This document shows positions 10,414-20,661 of a stretch of DNA of 64,000 bases, in pieces; the first letter of the stretch is position 1, and every line of letters starts with the position of its first letter. The notes beneath the pieces were generated by a model, which made no database searches, was not told the DNA's origin, and saw only the letters and a list, made by a program, of their open reading frames with translations. The stretch spans positions 1,536,001 through 1,600,000 of the forward strand of contig OZ244937.1 of the NCBI GenBank assembly GCA_965222075.1, read 5' to 3'. The stretch is from Candidatus Latescibacterota bacterium (GTDB lineage: Bacteria; Latescibacterota; UBA2968; GCA-2709665). Made by a program: the position numbers and the translations under genes.

Positions 10414-10555
10414 ATACGCGCCCAGCGTGCTGGCCGAAATGGGCCTGTGGAGTTTCGGCCTGCCCTTTGCCGCGGCCCTGCCCGACGGCGACGCTCGAGC
10501 TCCAAGGTCGTTTCCTCACCGAGCCGGATGCGCCGTGCCAACTCATCGTACTCCA

Positions 10556-13282
10556 TCATGGTTCCGATCTCTGCGGGGGCATAATCCGCTGGTAGCGACT
10601 CTCGAATGCCTCACGGCCGCCCTCCATCACGCGACAGATTTCTTCTCGAACCTTCTGTTCCTGAAGGCTGCCCTGACAGGCGATGCGACTTTGGCCCCCG
10701 GCCGACTCAAGCGAGAACACGAGTTCGGCGTCGCCGTGGACGACGATATTGGGATTGTGGGTGACGACGATCACCTGGCGATTGAGCTTCGTTTCCCGCA
10801 GCCGGTGGACCAACAGTTGGTAGATGAGGGTATTGTCCAGATCGTCTTCGGGCTGGTCCAGGATGATCGGCTCGGAACCATAACCCAGAACGAAGGCCAG
10901 GAGCGCGGCGGTTTGCTGCCCCGGCGATCCCTGGGTGAGAGGCCTCCAGTCACTGGCTGAACGCTCTTTGAAACTCACTTCAACATCGTCTTCCGGGAGG
11001 TACAGAGCGAGACGATCGATCCTCTCTGGCGGGACTTTTTTCAGGGCTGTCTCGAAGCGTTGGTCTTTCGTCGGCCAGGAATCCAGCTCTTCCGAAAGAA
11101 GCTGGCGCATCTCTGCAACCACACCATCAAGCTCCTCCCAGCTCCATGACCGATCCTGTTTGGGCTGAATCCTCCGGGCGAGCGCCTGACGGTCGCCTTC
11201 AAAGCGCTCGATGCCGAGAATCCCGATCAAGTCTTTCGCGAGATTCTTGCAGTTCGCGTATTCATCTATTTCAACGCGGATGCTCTCGCCCGATGTCCCC
11301 TTCGAGAAGCTTTTGCGCCTGTCGCTCAGCTCACGGCGTCGCTTGCGGTATTCGGCAAGAATCGCGACGGCCTTGTCCTCCAGTTTCTCCGCTCGCTCTC
11401 TTTCTTTCTCCAGGGCCTCAATTTCTTGCCCGAGCGTGTCCGCCTGTTCCAGCAGATCGCCGTACTCGTTTGGATCGGAAATGCCTTCTTCGGCGAGTTG
11501 GGCGGATGCTTCTTCAAATTCGCGCTTGCTGGCGTCCACTACTGCATGCCATTGGTCGGCATCCGCGCTCGCCTCTATTCCTCCGATATCTCGCCGCGCT
11601 CGCTCGACACTCTCGCGCACGCCTTGCTCAAGGTGTTCCACAGTCAGCCTCAGTGCTTTGTGCGCACGCCTGAGACTCGCCTGGGCCGGATCGTCCTCGA
11701 CCTCAGCCCCGAGGTCGAGATCGGCGACCGAAAGCTTTTCCGCGCTGCGTCCCACCGACTCCACCGCTTGCGACGCCGCCTTTAGAATCGCTCGCCAGGT
11801 ATCGTCCTGCTGACGCCGCTTCCGGTACTTGTTCAGCACCTGCGCTTGTCCGCCTCCTTCGAGAACCTCCAGCTTGCGTCGAACGTCCGCGAGCAACGCT
11901 TTGCGGGCCGGCAACTCGCTTGCCTGAGTAGACGCCGCACGAGACTGGGCGCGCAAAGACAGGTAGCGGTCCCCCATTTGCTCGATAACGCGATTTTGCT
12001 CCGTACCGCGGACAGTTTGGCTATCGTCGATGACGGTGAGCAGAGCGTTCGGATCCTGGGCGAGCGCAAAGAGCTGTTTCTGGCTGTAGATGCGCACCGG
12101 GAAACGCTCGCGGATATTGCCCTCCTGGAGAATCCGTTGCTCTCCATCCAGGCGAGCGATCGGGAGCGCCTCTCCGTCCTGACTCCAGGAGAGAACGAAG
12201 CGCTCGCCGTCCTTGCGGTACACCACTTCGATGCACGTCTCATTCGTCAGCAGTCCTTCCTCCTGGGGCGATGTGGGAACACGCATGCGGCGGTCGAACA
12301 AACTTCGCAACGAGCCTTCTTCGCTGCGGTCGCTGCCGTCGAGTTCCGCTTCCCGGCGGAGCGTCTTACGGCAGAAGTCAATGAGCGTGGATTTGCCGGT
12401 GCCGCGTCCGCCGATGATCGCATTCAGCCACGGGTTGAACGAAACCGTGGTTGGCGACGGCCGACCGATGAATTTGCCCTTGTGAACGGTAATGCTCTCA
12501 ATAGCCAGGGCGGCGTGGGCATTCGGATTGCCTGGCTCTTCCCGGGCAGCCGGCTTGAGGGAAGCCGCGCCATCCAGCAGCGCCAGGCGCAGACCCTCCA
12601 GGTTCGGGCGCGTCATCTTCACCCAGGTGAAGCGCCGGCCCAACTCGTCGGAGTTGTGACCGTCGGAGGCGTGCACCTGCGAGATTCTACGCCTGATCTC
12701 GCCCTTGCTTCCATCAAGCCAGCTTTCGTCGATGCTCCTGTCCGGATCAACCTCGACCGCGGCCAGGTTCCGGTGTCGCAGCACTGCAAGCCGCTGTTGG
12801 CCGCCGTACTGGAGCAGTCCATCGGGTGCGTTGACGTGGGCACCAACGATCAGGGCATTGTCCTCGCACGCGTCTAGAATCTGCTCGATGCCTAACGGGG
12901 AACGAGCAGTCTCGCCACCCCGTTTATCTACGGGAATCTCCACGCTGGAGAGAAGATCGTCGATGTGTTGCTGCGTGCAATCCGGGTCCATCAGCAAGAG
13001 CAGGTGGATGCCGTCACTGGCGGTGATCTCTACCCCGGGGAAGAGACCCGGGGCGTCCTCCACGCCTTTGGCGGCCCGCTGCAGCTCGGAGATGCCCGCG
13101 GCCGTGTTGTGATCGGTGACCGCAGCGGCATTGAGGCCCGCCGTGCGAACCGTCCTCACCCATTGGGTCCAATCGGGGTTCGCCCGATCGTCCTCGGTCC
13201 CAAAATCATGCGACGCCGGGGAATGCGTATGAAGATCAACGCGCCACCAGCGCGCGCCGGGCCAATTCCACGATATGCTCAT
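10556..13282 (-). CDS. PHP phosphoesterase + SMC/ABC-type ATPase fusion (Ppl/TrlF-like), candidate anti-phage protein, about 908 aa
   Basis: DLHTHS, TDHN, GVEI and SDGH PHP motifs; GGRGTGKS Walker A; coiled coil; SPGQ, ILDQPEDDLD, VTHN. ATG at 13282 follows an AGGAGGT RBS. Confidence 0.85.
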   Translation of the reverse strand: MSISWNWPGARWWRVDLHTHSPASHDFGTEDDRANPDWTQWVRTVRTAGLNAAAVTDHNTAAGISELQRAAKGVEDAPGLFPGVEITASDGIHLLLLMDPDCTQQHIDDLLSSVEIPVDKRGGETARSPLGIEQILDACEDNALIVGAHVNAPDGLLQYGGQQRLAVLRHRNLAAVEVDPDRSIDESWLDGSKGEIRRRISQVHASDGHNSDELGRRFTWVKMTRPNLEGLRLALLDGAASLKPAAREEPGNPNAHAALAIESITVHKGKFIGRPSPTTVSFNPWLNAIIGGRGTGKSTLIDFCRKTLRREAELDGSDRSEEGSLRSLFDRRMRVPTSPQEEGLLTNETCIEVVYRKDGERFVLSWSQDGEALPIARLDGEQRILQEGNIRERFPVRIYSQKQLFALAQDPNALLTVIDDSQTVRGTEQNRVIEQMGDRYLSLRAQSRAASTQASELPARKALLADVRRKLEVLEGGGQAQVLNKYRKRRQQDDTWRAILKAASQAVESVGRSAEKLSVADLDLGAEVEDDPAQASLRRAHKALRLTVEHLEQGVRESVERARRDIGGIEASADADQWHAVVDASKREFEEASAQLAEEGISDPNEYGDLLEQADTLGQEIEALEKERERAEKLEDKAVAILAEYRKRRRELSDRRKSFSKGTSGESIRVEIDEYANCKNLAKDLIGILGIERFEGDRQALARRIQPKQDRSWSWEELDGVVAEMRQLLSEELDSWPTKDQRFETALKKVPPERIDRLALYLPEDDVEVSFKERSASDWRPLTQGSPGQQTAALLAFVLGYGSEPIILDQPEDDLDNTLIYQLLVHRLRETKLNRQVIVVTHNPNIVVHGDAELVFSLESAGGQSRIACQGSLQEQKVREEICRVMEGGREAFESRYQRIMPPQRSEP

Positions 13283-13531
13283 GTTGTACCTCCTATATCT
13301 CCATCGCCGAACAGCCCACCATTCGTCAGCCACCCGGGCAAGAATCACCCCCAAGGGTGCATCCAGGTGGACAGCGCTTGCCTCAATCCTGTTGTGTCGC
13401 TCGCGTCCAACAAACTTATACAGCGTTTGTACGCCGCTCAAACTCGGCCGCTACCGAGTTGTAAACCCCTCGTGCCTGCGACACCGCCCGTTCGGCGTCG
13501 GCCGCTGTGGAACCACATTGGCAATCTTGGG

Positions 13532-13760
13532 CTAACTACCAAACAGTTTTTGACGAACTTCATCTTGAGGCAGTCCAAAATGTTCAGCGACATCGGACAC
13601 TATCGAACTTAGTGTGCCTACATTTACTTGACGATGACACGGGATAGTCACGTTATGCTTCGTCCCTTGAATGGCGGTGGTTAGCGTCATGGTGACTGCC
13701 ACGCTGCCGAATGAGCTGGTTCCGGGACAGTCTCATACCGCGATCACCTCATCCTTTTCG
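13532..13760 (-). pseudogene. Decayed HicA-like toxin with the last codons of its upstream antitoxin
   Basis: MRLSRNQLIRQRGSH/(frameshift)MTLTTAIQGTKHNVTIPCHRQVNVGTLSSIVSDVAEHFGLPQDEVRQKLFGS*; preceded by KDEVIAV* with an ATGA overlap. Confidence 0.7.
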
Positions 13761-13777
13761 TTGGGGTGTCGTGGATT

Positions 13778-13793
13778 CCAACACGTACAGCTC
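13778..13793 (+). repeat. 16-bp direct repeat, right boundary of the PHP-ATPase islet
   Basis: Identical to 10398-10413. Confidence 0.8.
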
Positions 13794-13795
13794 CG

Positions 13796-14578
13796 CTACG
13801 TCCAGGCCTCGCACCCGTCAAAGGGCATGTGCTCACCTTCCACATATCGCGGCCGGGGCACGTACCTGTTCCCCAATTCGGGCACCACTTCGCCCCGGCA
13901 CATGATGCAAGGGCTGCGATCGACCGTAACCCTGGTGCTGGTTGGAATATAGCGCAGGGTGAGCCCCACCCGCCACTGGTTCGACGTATTGGTGTTGGAG
14001 CCGTGGACGATATTGGGGTGATGGATGGAAATATCCCCTGCCCTGAGTTCCACGTCCACGGCGTCGGCCTCGTCGATTTGATCGGGACGCATCCCCACGC
14101 CGAGCACGTACCTGTCGGGATCCAGATCCACCATCTCCGAGCGCTTCAACAGTCGCCGGGTATGCGTCCCCGGCAAGACGCGCATGCAACCGTTCTCCAC
14201 GGTGGAGTCCGTGCCCGCGACCCACAACGTCGTGACCTCCATAGGCTCCAGGGGCCAGTACGAGCCATCCTGATGCCACTGCACGGCCTGCCCGGTGCCG
14301 GGTTTTTTTGCGATATAATGCGCCGCGAACATGGCCACGTTGGGCCCGATGAACTGCGCCGCGATATCAACCAGCCGGTCGTCACAGACCAGGCGGTGCA
14401 TAAACGGATCGTCCACAAGAAGCCCGTGGTGCAATCGCTCGGGCCGTGTTCCCGGATGCTTTTTGACCAGCCAGTGTACGTGCTCGACCGTTTCGGCCGC
14501 CAGCCCCGCGTCAATGGCCCTGCGGGCAATGCAAATGCCTTTCTTGTCGTATTCCTGCCGCAGTAGTGTCGTTTCCAT
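13796..14578 (-). CDS. Phytanoyl-CoA dioxygenase (PhyH) family 2OG-Fe(II) oxygenase
   Basis: WHQD, ENGCMRVLPGTH, HGS and R motifs. Confidence 0.9.
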   Translation of the reverse strand: METTLLRQEYDKKGICIARRAIDAGLAAETVEHVHWLVKKHPGTRPERLHHGLLVDDPFMHRLVCDDRLVDIAAQFIGPNVAMFAAHYIAKKPGTGQAVQWHQDGSYWPLEPMEVTTLWVAGTDSTVENGCMRVLPGTHTRRLLKRSEMVDLDPDRYVLGVGMRPDQIDEADAVDVELRAGDISIHHPNIVHGSNTNTSNQWRVGLTLRYIPTSTRVTVDRSPCIMCRGEVVPELGNRYVPRPRYVEGEHMPFDGCEAWT

Positions 14579-14657
14579 CCGCTCTCTCCAGCTGCGATTT
14601 CATCTTCCCGAAATTTGGGACGCGCAAGAGCGTTCAGGCGCCCTGGTCTGCGTTTCG

Positions 14658-14733
14658 CCTGCCTGTGCCGCTTGCCTGCGCGCAGCGCGCAAGCAGGCAG
14701 ACAGGCAAGCAGGTGCCCGTCACGGCAGACAGG
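14658..14733. repeat. Intergenic, multiply nested palindromic element (76 bp, not a multiple of 3)
   Basis: cctgcctgtgccg[unit A rc, 14671-14697]cagacaggcaagcagg tgcccgtcacggcagacagg. Confidence 0.88.
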
Positions 14734-14736
14734 CCT

Positions 14737-14781
14737 CCCCCGCCTTCGGGGCGGGGCGGGCGAGACGCCCGCGCTCCCAGG
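14737..14781. repeat. GC-rich hairpins, REP-like
   Basis: ccccgcc-ttcgg-ggcgggg and gcgggcg-aga-cgcccgc-gctcccagg. Confidence 0.5.
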
Positions 14782-14884
14782 GGGGGTCAAGGTCGCTACG
14801 CAGACGATTTTCCTTGACTTTTAACCTGGTAGAAAGATATTATGGTGCAATTTTGAGCAACAGGGACCTTTTTTTCAAGAAAGG

Positions 14885-15706
14885 TTGAAACCTGTGTCTT
14901 ACCAACAGCTGATAGCCGAATTAAACGCGCTCGTCCACAATTTAACCCAGCATCTGATAGCGGTCGCGCCCCGGCTGGCGGGCGCTGTGGCCCTGGTGGT
15001 GCTGGGCCTGGTGCTGGCCTATTTGGTCCGTGCTCTGAACCGCCGGCTGATCGCCGGACTGGGCCGCCTCATCCCCAGCCTGCGGCTGCACCGCGGGCGC
15101 TGGGCGGACTTTCAGCACACGGCCGGCCGGGCCGTCGGCCGCGTGCTCTTCTGGATGGTTCTGCTCTTTTTTCTCGCTGCGGCCATCGAAACCCTGGGCA
15201 TGCCCGTGGTCTCGGTGTGGCTCAACGGCATCGTCCTCTACTTGCCCCGACTCCTCGCAGCTGTCCTGATCCTGTTCGCCGGCCTGTTGGGCGCCCATTT
15301 TCTCAAGGACCTTATCGCCTCGACGGGGATCACTTACGCGGCCGCCCTGGGACGTTTGGGGCAGATGGCAGTCCTGATAGTGACCGCTCTCATCGCCGTG
15401 GACCAGGCGGGGTTGAGCGTCGACATTCTGACCAGTGTGCTCCTCCTCTTCCTCGGCAGCTGCCTGCTGGGCAGCGCCCTGACCTTTGCCCTCGGCGCCC
15501 GGACGACCGTGTCCAATATCCTGGCCTCCTACTACCTGCAGAAGACCTACAGAGTAGGCCACCGGGTTCGCGTCGGGGATTTCCGGGGCGAGATCGTCCA
15601 GATAACCGCCACCGCGGTGGTACTGGAGGCCGAGGAGGGTCGGGTCTTGGTGCCGGCGTCGGTCTTTGGCGAACAGACGTCGATTCTGCTGGTAGAGAGG
15701 AAGTGA
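14885..15706 (+). CDS. Small-conductance mechanosensitive channel (MscS-like)
   Basis: Multiple TM helices followed by YRVGHRVRVGDFRGEIVQI. Confidence 0.85.
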   Translation: MKPVSYQQLIAELNALVHNLTQHLIAVAPRLAGAVALVVLGLVLAYLVRALNRRLIAGLGRLIPSLRLHRGRWADFQHTAGRAVGRVLFWMVLLFFLAAAIETLGMPVVSVWLNGIVLYLPRLLAAVLILFAGLLGAHFLKDLIASTGITYAAALGRLGQMAVLIVTALIAVDQAGLSVDILTSVLLLFLGSCLLGSALTFALGARTTVSNILASYYLQKTYRVGHRVRVGDFRGEIVQITATAVVLEAEEGRVLVPASVFGEQTSILLVERK

Positions 15707-15710
15707 ACCG

Positions 15711-16553
15711 ATGGACAATGCCTCGAACCTGATCCAGTGCTTCATCCGCAGCCACGCCTCCGAGGCAGCCCGCGTACTGGAAAACTGTTCAACAGACGAA
15801 CTGGTCCCCTTCTTCGCCCGCACCCCGCCCGAGCTGGCTGCCGCCCTTTTCAACACGATGGAGACGAGTACCTCGGTGGCCTGCCTGGAGCGCATGGCGG
15901 CAGCCCAGGCCGCCGCGGCCCTGGCCCAGGTGCCGTTGGAGCGGGCCGCCATGCTCGTGCGCCGTCTGCAGCCGGAGGCACGGGAGGCCGTCCTGCCCCT
16001 GTTGCCGCCCGACTTCAACAAGCATCTCGAACTCCTGCTGCGCTACCCAGAGGAAACCGCCGGGGCGTTGATGGAGCCCCGGGTCTTCACACTCCCGCCC
16101 GAAATATCGGTCAAAGAGGCGCTCGCCCGTGTGCAGGCCAATCCGGACTACGCTTTGTACTACCTGTATGTGGTGGAGCGGGACCAGACCCTGGCCGGCG
16201 TCCTCAACCTGCGGGAGTTGCTGGCCGGGGGGGAAGGGGCCTCTGTGGCCGCGCTCATGCACCGGGACGTGGTGTGCCTGCGGATGGGCGATTCGCTGGC
16301 TTCGGTGCTGGCCCATCCCGCCTGGCTGGAATTCCATACGCTGCCCGTGCTCGACGAACAGGCTCTGTTTGCCGGGGCTTTGCGCCACAGAACCCTGCGT
16401 CAACTGGCCAGCCGAGCGGACCTCATGGCCCATCCCGGCCAGGCCGGGACGGCCCTGGGAGAACTCTATCGCATTGGCCTGTCGGCGCTGGTCAAAAGCA
16501 CCCTTGGGGTGGACCGCCTCCCATCGCCGATTGCCGATCATGCTGATCAATAG
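15711..16553 (+). CDS. MgtE intracellular/CBS-domain protein without a membrane domain
   Basis: LRYPEETAGALM and CBS pair. Confidence 0.8.
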   Translation: MDNASNLIQCFIRSHASEAARVLENCSTDELVPFFARTPPELAAALFNTMETSTSVACLERMAAAQAAAALAQVPLERAAMLVRRLQPEAREAVLPLLPPDFNKHLELLLRYPEETAGALMEPRVFTLPPEISVKEALARVQANPDYALYYLYVVERDQTLAGVLNLRELLAGGEGASVAALMHRDVVCLRMGDSLASVLAHPAWLEFHTLPVLDEQALFAGALRHRTLRQLASRADLMAHPGQAGTALGELYRIGLSALVKSTLGVDRLPSPIADHADQ

Positions 16554-16594
16554 GCCACCCCCCGGAGCGCATCCAAAAGAATAAGGAGTGAGGA

Positions 16595-17911
16595 ATGGCA
16601 GATAACGCCAGGGCCTCGCAAGCCCTCATCCACGCCTTTTTTCGCCTCCACCCCGGCGAGGCCGCCCGTGCGCTGGCCTCCTCGTCCATCCCCGAGGCCC
16701 TGCGTCTGCTGGAGGCCGGGGACGACTCCACGGCGGCTCAGGTCTTCAAGCGTCTGGACCCGGATCGGGCCGTCCAGCTCGTCGAGGCCATGGACGCGGC
16801 GTTGTTCCGGCGGCTCTGGACGGCGATGGACTATGGCATTGCAGCGACGCTCCTGGCCCGGCTGACCCCGGAGAGCCGGTCTGCTCGCCTGGCCGCCCTG
16901 CCCCGGGAGTTGGCCGCTGAAATGGAGGAACTGATGCGCTATCCGGCCGGATCGGCCGGCCTGCTCATGGACAGGTCGGTGACCGTCTTCGGCGCCGACG
17001 AGACCGCGGAAGAGGCCCTCGCCCGCATCCGCTCCTTTCCCAAGCGGCGCATCCACGACCTGTGCGTGGTCGACTCCGACGGGCGGCTGACTGCCGTGCT
17101 GCCGCTCCAGGAAGTGGCCGTGGCCCAGCCCGGGGAGCGGCTGGGCCGGCTGGCACAGGGGCCGCCGGTCTGCGTGCAGGACATGTCCTCGCGCGAGGAG
17201 GTGGTGGAACTGCTGGAAACCCACAAATTGGCCTCCCTGCCCGTGGTCAGTTTCGAGGGCCGGCTCACAGGGATCATCCGGCACAATACTCTGGTGGAGG
17301 CCGCCCAGCACGAGGCCAGCGGGAACCTGCAGACCATGGTCGGGGCGGGCCGGGAGGAGCATGCCTTGTCGGGCCCCTCGCTGGCCGTGCGCAAACGGCT
17401 GCCCTGGCTGCAGGTCAATCTGGCCACGGCCCTTCTGGCCGCTTCGGTGGTGGCCCTGTTCGAGGATACCATAGCCCGGTTCACCATCCTGGCCGTCTTT
17501 CTGCCGGTGGTGGCCGGCCAGGCGGGCAATACCGGGGCCCAGGCTATGGCCGTAGCCATGCGTGGGCTGGCCCTGCGCGAGTTCAGGCCGCGCAGTTGGT
17601 TCCGCGTGGCCCGCAAGGAACTGCTGGCCGGGCTGATCAACGGGCTAGCCATAGCCCTGACCACCTCCCTGATGGTCTACTTCTGGTCCGGAACGATAGG
17701 GCTGCCCCTCGTGCTGGGTGTGGCCATCGTCTTTTCGATGGCCATGGCCGGTCTGGCCGGGACGCTCATCCCCATCGTTCTCACGGTCCTGGGCAAGGAT
17801 CCGGCCCAGTCGGCTTCCATTGTTCTGACCACAGTGACCGACGTAGTGGGGTTCCTCAGTTTTCTGGGGCTGGCCACCCTGATGGCCGGCGCTTTCGGTC
17901 TGGCTCTTTAA
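16595..17911 (+). CDS. mgtE: Magnesium transporter MgtE
   Basis: YPAGSAGLLM, CBS pair, KRLPWL, GNTGAQ, DPA...TTVTD. Confidence 0.9.
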   Translation: MADNARASQALIHAFFRLHPGEAARALASSSIPEALRLLEAGDDSTAAQVFKRLDPDRAVQLVEAMDAALFRRLWTAMDYGIAATLLARLTPESRSARLAALPRELAAEMEELMRYPAGSAGLLMDRSVTVFGADETAEEALARIRSFPKRRIHDLCVVDSDGRLTAVLPLQEVAVAQPGERLGRLAQGPPVCVQDMSSREEVVELLETHKLASLPVVSFEGRLTGIIRHNTLVEAAQHEASGNLQTMVGAGREEHALSGPSLAVRKRLPWLQVNLATALLAASVVALFEDTIARFTILAVFLPVVAGQAGNTGAQAMAVAMRGLALREFRPRSWFRVARKELLAGLINGLAIALTTSLMVYFWSGTIGLPLVLGVAIVFSMAMAGLAGTLIPIVLTVLGKDPAQSASIVLTTVTDVVGFLSFLGLATLMAGAFGLAL

Positions 17912-18530
17912 CCTCGTAGAGCACAACAATCAGACGCCCGGGACCGTGCACGCCAAGCGTCAACGTAAATTCAATATCGGCTGTTTTGCTCGGACCGCTG
18001 ATAAGGACCACATTGGCGGGCATGTCGCCGGCACGCCCGGACACCCAGGTAAAAAGATCCGGCGTGAGACACGAAACGGCAACCATCGCCACATGCACCG
18101 GCGGCAGCAGCGTCGCCAGACGGGACTTTTCAGAACCACTGTGGACGATAATACTGCCCGTCTCCGCCAGCCCCGCCTCAGCTCCGCTCAACCCCACATC
18201 CGCCCGCGCACAAAACTCACGTAAATCTCCCGCCGTCTGCCCCACCACATGCCATTCGCAGTCCGGCCACCGCTGTTTCAAATCCACCAGCGGAGGTTCA
18301 TTATTGGCCACCACTGCCTGCGCCCCCACTTCACGCAATATCCCATCTACCTCTCTCCATGCCAACTCCAAACTCGATGTCCGGCGCACCTCTCCCTTAG
18401 CCGCCCGCAACGACGCCGTAAAACGAGCCGCCAGGTCCGAAAACTTCCGCTCTGACCGCCACGCAGGAGGCGGATTCTCCTCACGCGCTTTGGAACGCAG
18501 GCGATTCAGGATCTCCTCACGCGCGCTCAT
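17856..18530 (-). CDS. lutC: Lactate utilization protein C (LUD domain)
   Basis: AETGS, LLPPVHVA, ISGPSKTADIE, GVHGP; the C-terminal tail overlaps mgtE. Confidence 0.88.
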   Translation of the reverse strand: MSAREEILNRLRSKAREENPPPAWRSERKFSDLAARFTASLRAAKGEVRRTSSLELAWREVDGILREVGAQAVVANNEPPLVDLKQRWPDCEWHVVGQTAGDLREFCARADVGLSGAEAGLAETGSIIVHSGSEKSRLATLLPPVHVAMVAVSCLTPDLFTWVSGRAGDMPANVVLISGPSKTADIEFTLTLGVHGPGRLIVVLYEVKEPDRKRRPSGWPAPEN

Positions 18531-19936
18531 TGCTTATCCTCCAACTCGCCCGACGCCCACATCTCACGAAAAGAGCGCCCGGACAAACCGGGCAGCTGGC
18601 GCTCCAGGGCCGGATTGAGAAAGCCGGGGAGGTTGAGCCTTCCCTCGCGGACAAACGGCCGCTGCACCAGCCGTACCGCACCGGCCACAAAGCGCATCAA
18701 CTTCTCACGCCCCAGCACAAACGCCACCGCCTCTTCCGCCTTTCGCTCCCGCCAGGGCAGCACCCGATCCGCCACCTCATCCGCGCGTAACTCCAGCAGC
18801 ATACGCGGCAAATCGATCCTTGCGGGGCAAACATCCTTGCACGCGCCGCACAGCGAACTGGCATGCGGCAGCGCGGCATAATCTTCCAGCCCGAACAACA
18901 GGGGCGTCACCACCGCTCCGATGGGACCGCTATAAGGACTGCCATACGAATGCCCCCCCGCCTCGCGGTACACCGGACACACATTGAGACAGGCCCCGCA
19001 GCGGATACACTGCAAAACCTCTTCATACTTCGTACCCACCAGGTCGCTGCGGCCGTTATCCAGCAAAACAATATGTACCGCTTCGGGACCATCGGCATCC
19101 CCGGCGCGGGCAGGGCCTGTGATGATGCTGGTGTAAATCGAAAGGGGTTGTCCCGCAGAACTCCGCGCCAGAAGCGAAAGCCACACGGCCGCGTCGTCCC
19201 AGGTAGGCGCGACCTTTTCGATGCCGATGACGGCGACGTGGATAGGCGGCGCGGAAGTGACCAGGCGGCCGTTGCCCTCATTCGTCACCAGCACAACGCT
19301 GCCCGTTTCGGCAACGGCAATATTGCCGCCGGAAATCCCCATCCCGGCCTCTAAAAAACAGGTGCGCAAGATGCGCCGCGCCTCGGCGGTGAGAGCGGGA
19401 ATATCATCTGCCAACGGCCGTCCCGCTTCCCGGCTCACAAGCGCCGCCACATCCTGCCGCGTCTTGTGAATCGCAGGCGCGATGATATGGAAAGGCGGCT
19501 CCTGAGCCAGCTGGATCAGCCACTCTCCCAGATCCGTCTCTACCGCTTCCACGCCCGCAGCCTCAAGCGCCCGGCCCAGGTGGATCTCCTCCGTCGCCAT
19601 CGACTTGCTCTTCGTGGCCAGCTTTACCCCGTGCCGACGGGCGATCTCCACCACGATTTCACACGCCTCCGCCCCATTTCCGGCCCAGTGCACCTGGGCG
19701 CCTGCTGCCGTGGCATTCTGTTCAAACGTCTCCAGGTGCCGGGCCAGTTGGCCCAGGGTAGCCGAGCGGATCGCCTTGAAATGGTCGCGCAGGCTTTCGG
19801 CGTTCGGAAATTCGGCCAGGGCACGACAGCGCGCCTCCCAGAAGTTGGTCGTCCCCTTATCCACCGCCTCCTGCAGCTGCCCATCCCCAATCGCAGCGGC
19901 TGCCCGTCGGCGAAACTCGGCAAAGGTTGTCGTCAT
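18527..19936 (-). CDS. lutB: Lactate utilization protein B (Fe-S)
   Basis: KSKSM, ETDLGE, VTNEGN, CIRCGACLNVCP, SLCGACKDVCP. Confidence 0.92.
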   Translation of the reverse strand: MTTTFAEFRRRAAAAIGDGQLQEAVDKGTTNFWEARCRALAEFPNAESLRDHFKAIRSATLGQLARHLETFEQNATAAGAQVHWAGNGAEACEIVVEIARRHGVKLATKSKSMATEEIHLGRALEAAGVEAVETDLGEWLIQLAQEPPFHIIAPAIHKTRQDVAALVSREAGRPLADDIPALTAEARRILRTCFLEAGMGISGGNIAVAETGSVVLVTNEGNGRLVTSAPPIHVAVIGIEKVAPTWDDAAVWLSLLARSSAGQPLSIYTSIITGPARAGDADGPEAVHIVLLDNGRSDLVGTKYEEVLQCIRCGACLNVCPVYREAGGHSYGSPYSGPIGAVVTPLLFGLEDYAALPHASSLCGACKDVCPARIDLPRMLLELRADEVADRVLPWRERKAEEAVAFVLGREKLMRFVAGAVRLVQRPFVREGRLNLPGFLNPALERQLPGLSGRSFREMWASGELEDKQ

Positions 19937-20661
19937 CGCGTCAGTTCCTCCAGCAGCGTGGCAAAGTGTTCCACGCGCAGCGAACTCCCCTGCGCCAATC
20001 CCCGCATCTGCACAAGACAACCAGGGTCAACCGTAACCAGCATATCGGCCCCCGTATCCGCTGCCTGGCGCACCTTCTCGGCCGTCATCGCGTTGGAAAC
20101 CTCCGGCATACGCATCGAAAACAGTCCGCCAAAACCGCAGCACCGGTCCGATTCCGTCATTTCAAAAACCCTGCACCCGGCCTTTTCCAGCAACCGGCGC
20201 GGCTCCTCTCGCAGATTGAGCGTGCGGCATATATGGCAGGAATCGTGGTAGGTAACGCCGGGCGCGGCAGCAACGGCTGTTGGCTCCCATTGGGCCTGGT
20301 GCGTCAGAAATTGGCTCAACTCATAGGTTTTGGCGGCCAGCCTTTGAGCGCGGCGGTGCCACTCCGGCCATGCCTCAAGCAGGTGGGGATACTCCGCCCG
20401 GGCCATCACCGTGCAGGAACCGCCTGGCAGAACCACCGCCTCATAGTCCTCAAAGATCTCCACCGTTCGTTTGGCCAAATCGATTGCCTCCTGTCGAAAG
20501 CCGCTATTGAAAAAGGGCTGTCCACAGCACGTCTGCGCCTCCGGAAAATCCACCGTATATCCGGCCCGTCGCAACAACTGCACCGCTGCGATCCCGACTT
20601 CCGGCAAGATTTGATCGACCACACAGGTAACACACAGGGCCACCCGTTTCGATTGCGTCAT
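19933..20661 (-). CDS. lutA: Lactate utilization protein A (two CCG domains)
   Basis: QTCCGQP, YHDSCH, CCGFGG. Confidence 0.92.
   Translation of the reverse strand: MTQSKRVALCVTCVVDQILPEVGIAAVQLLRRAGYTVDFPEAQTCCGQPFFNSGFRQEAIDLAKRTVEIFEDYEAVVLPGGSCTVMARAEYPHLLEAWPEWHRRAQRLAAKTYELSQFLTHQAQWEPTAVAAAPGVTYHDSCHICRTLNLREEPRRLLEKAGCRVFEMTESDRCCGFGGLFSMRMPEVSNAMTAEKVRQAADTGADMLVTVDPGCLVQMRGLAQGSSLRVEHFATLLEELTR

Noticed and set aside
13283-13441. 53-aa N-terminal extension of the PHP-ATPase in the ORF track
   Set aside because: A strong AGGAGGT RBS precedes the ATG at 13282, and the PHP motif begins right after it.
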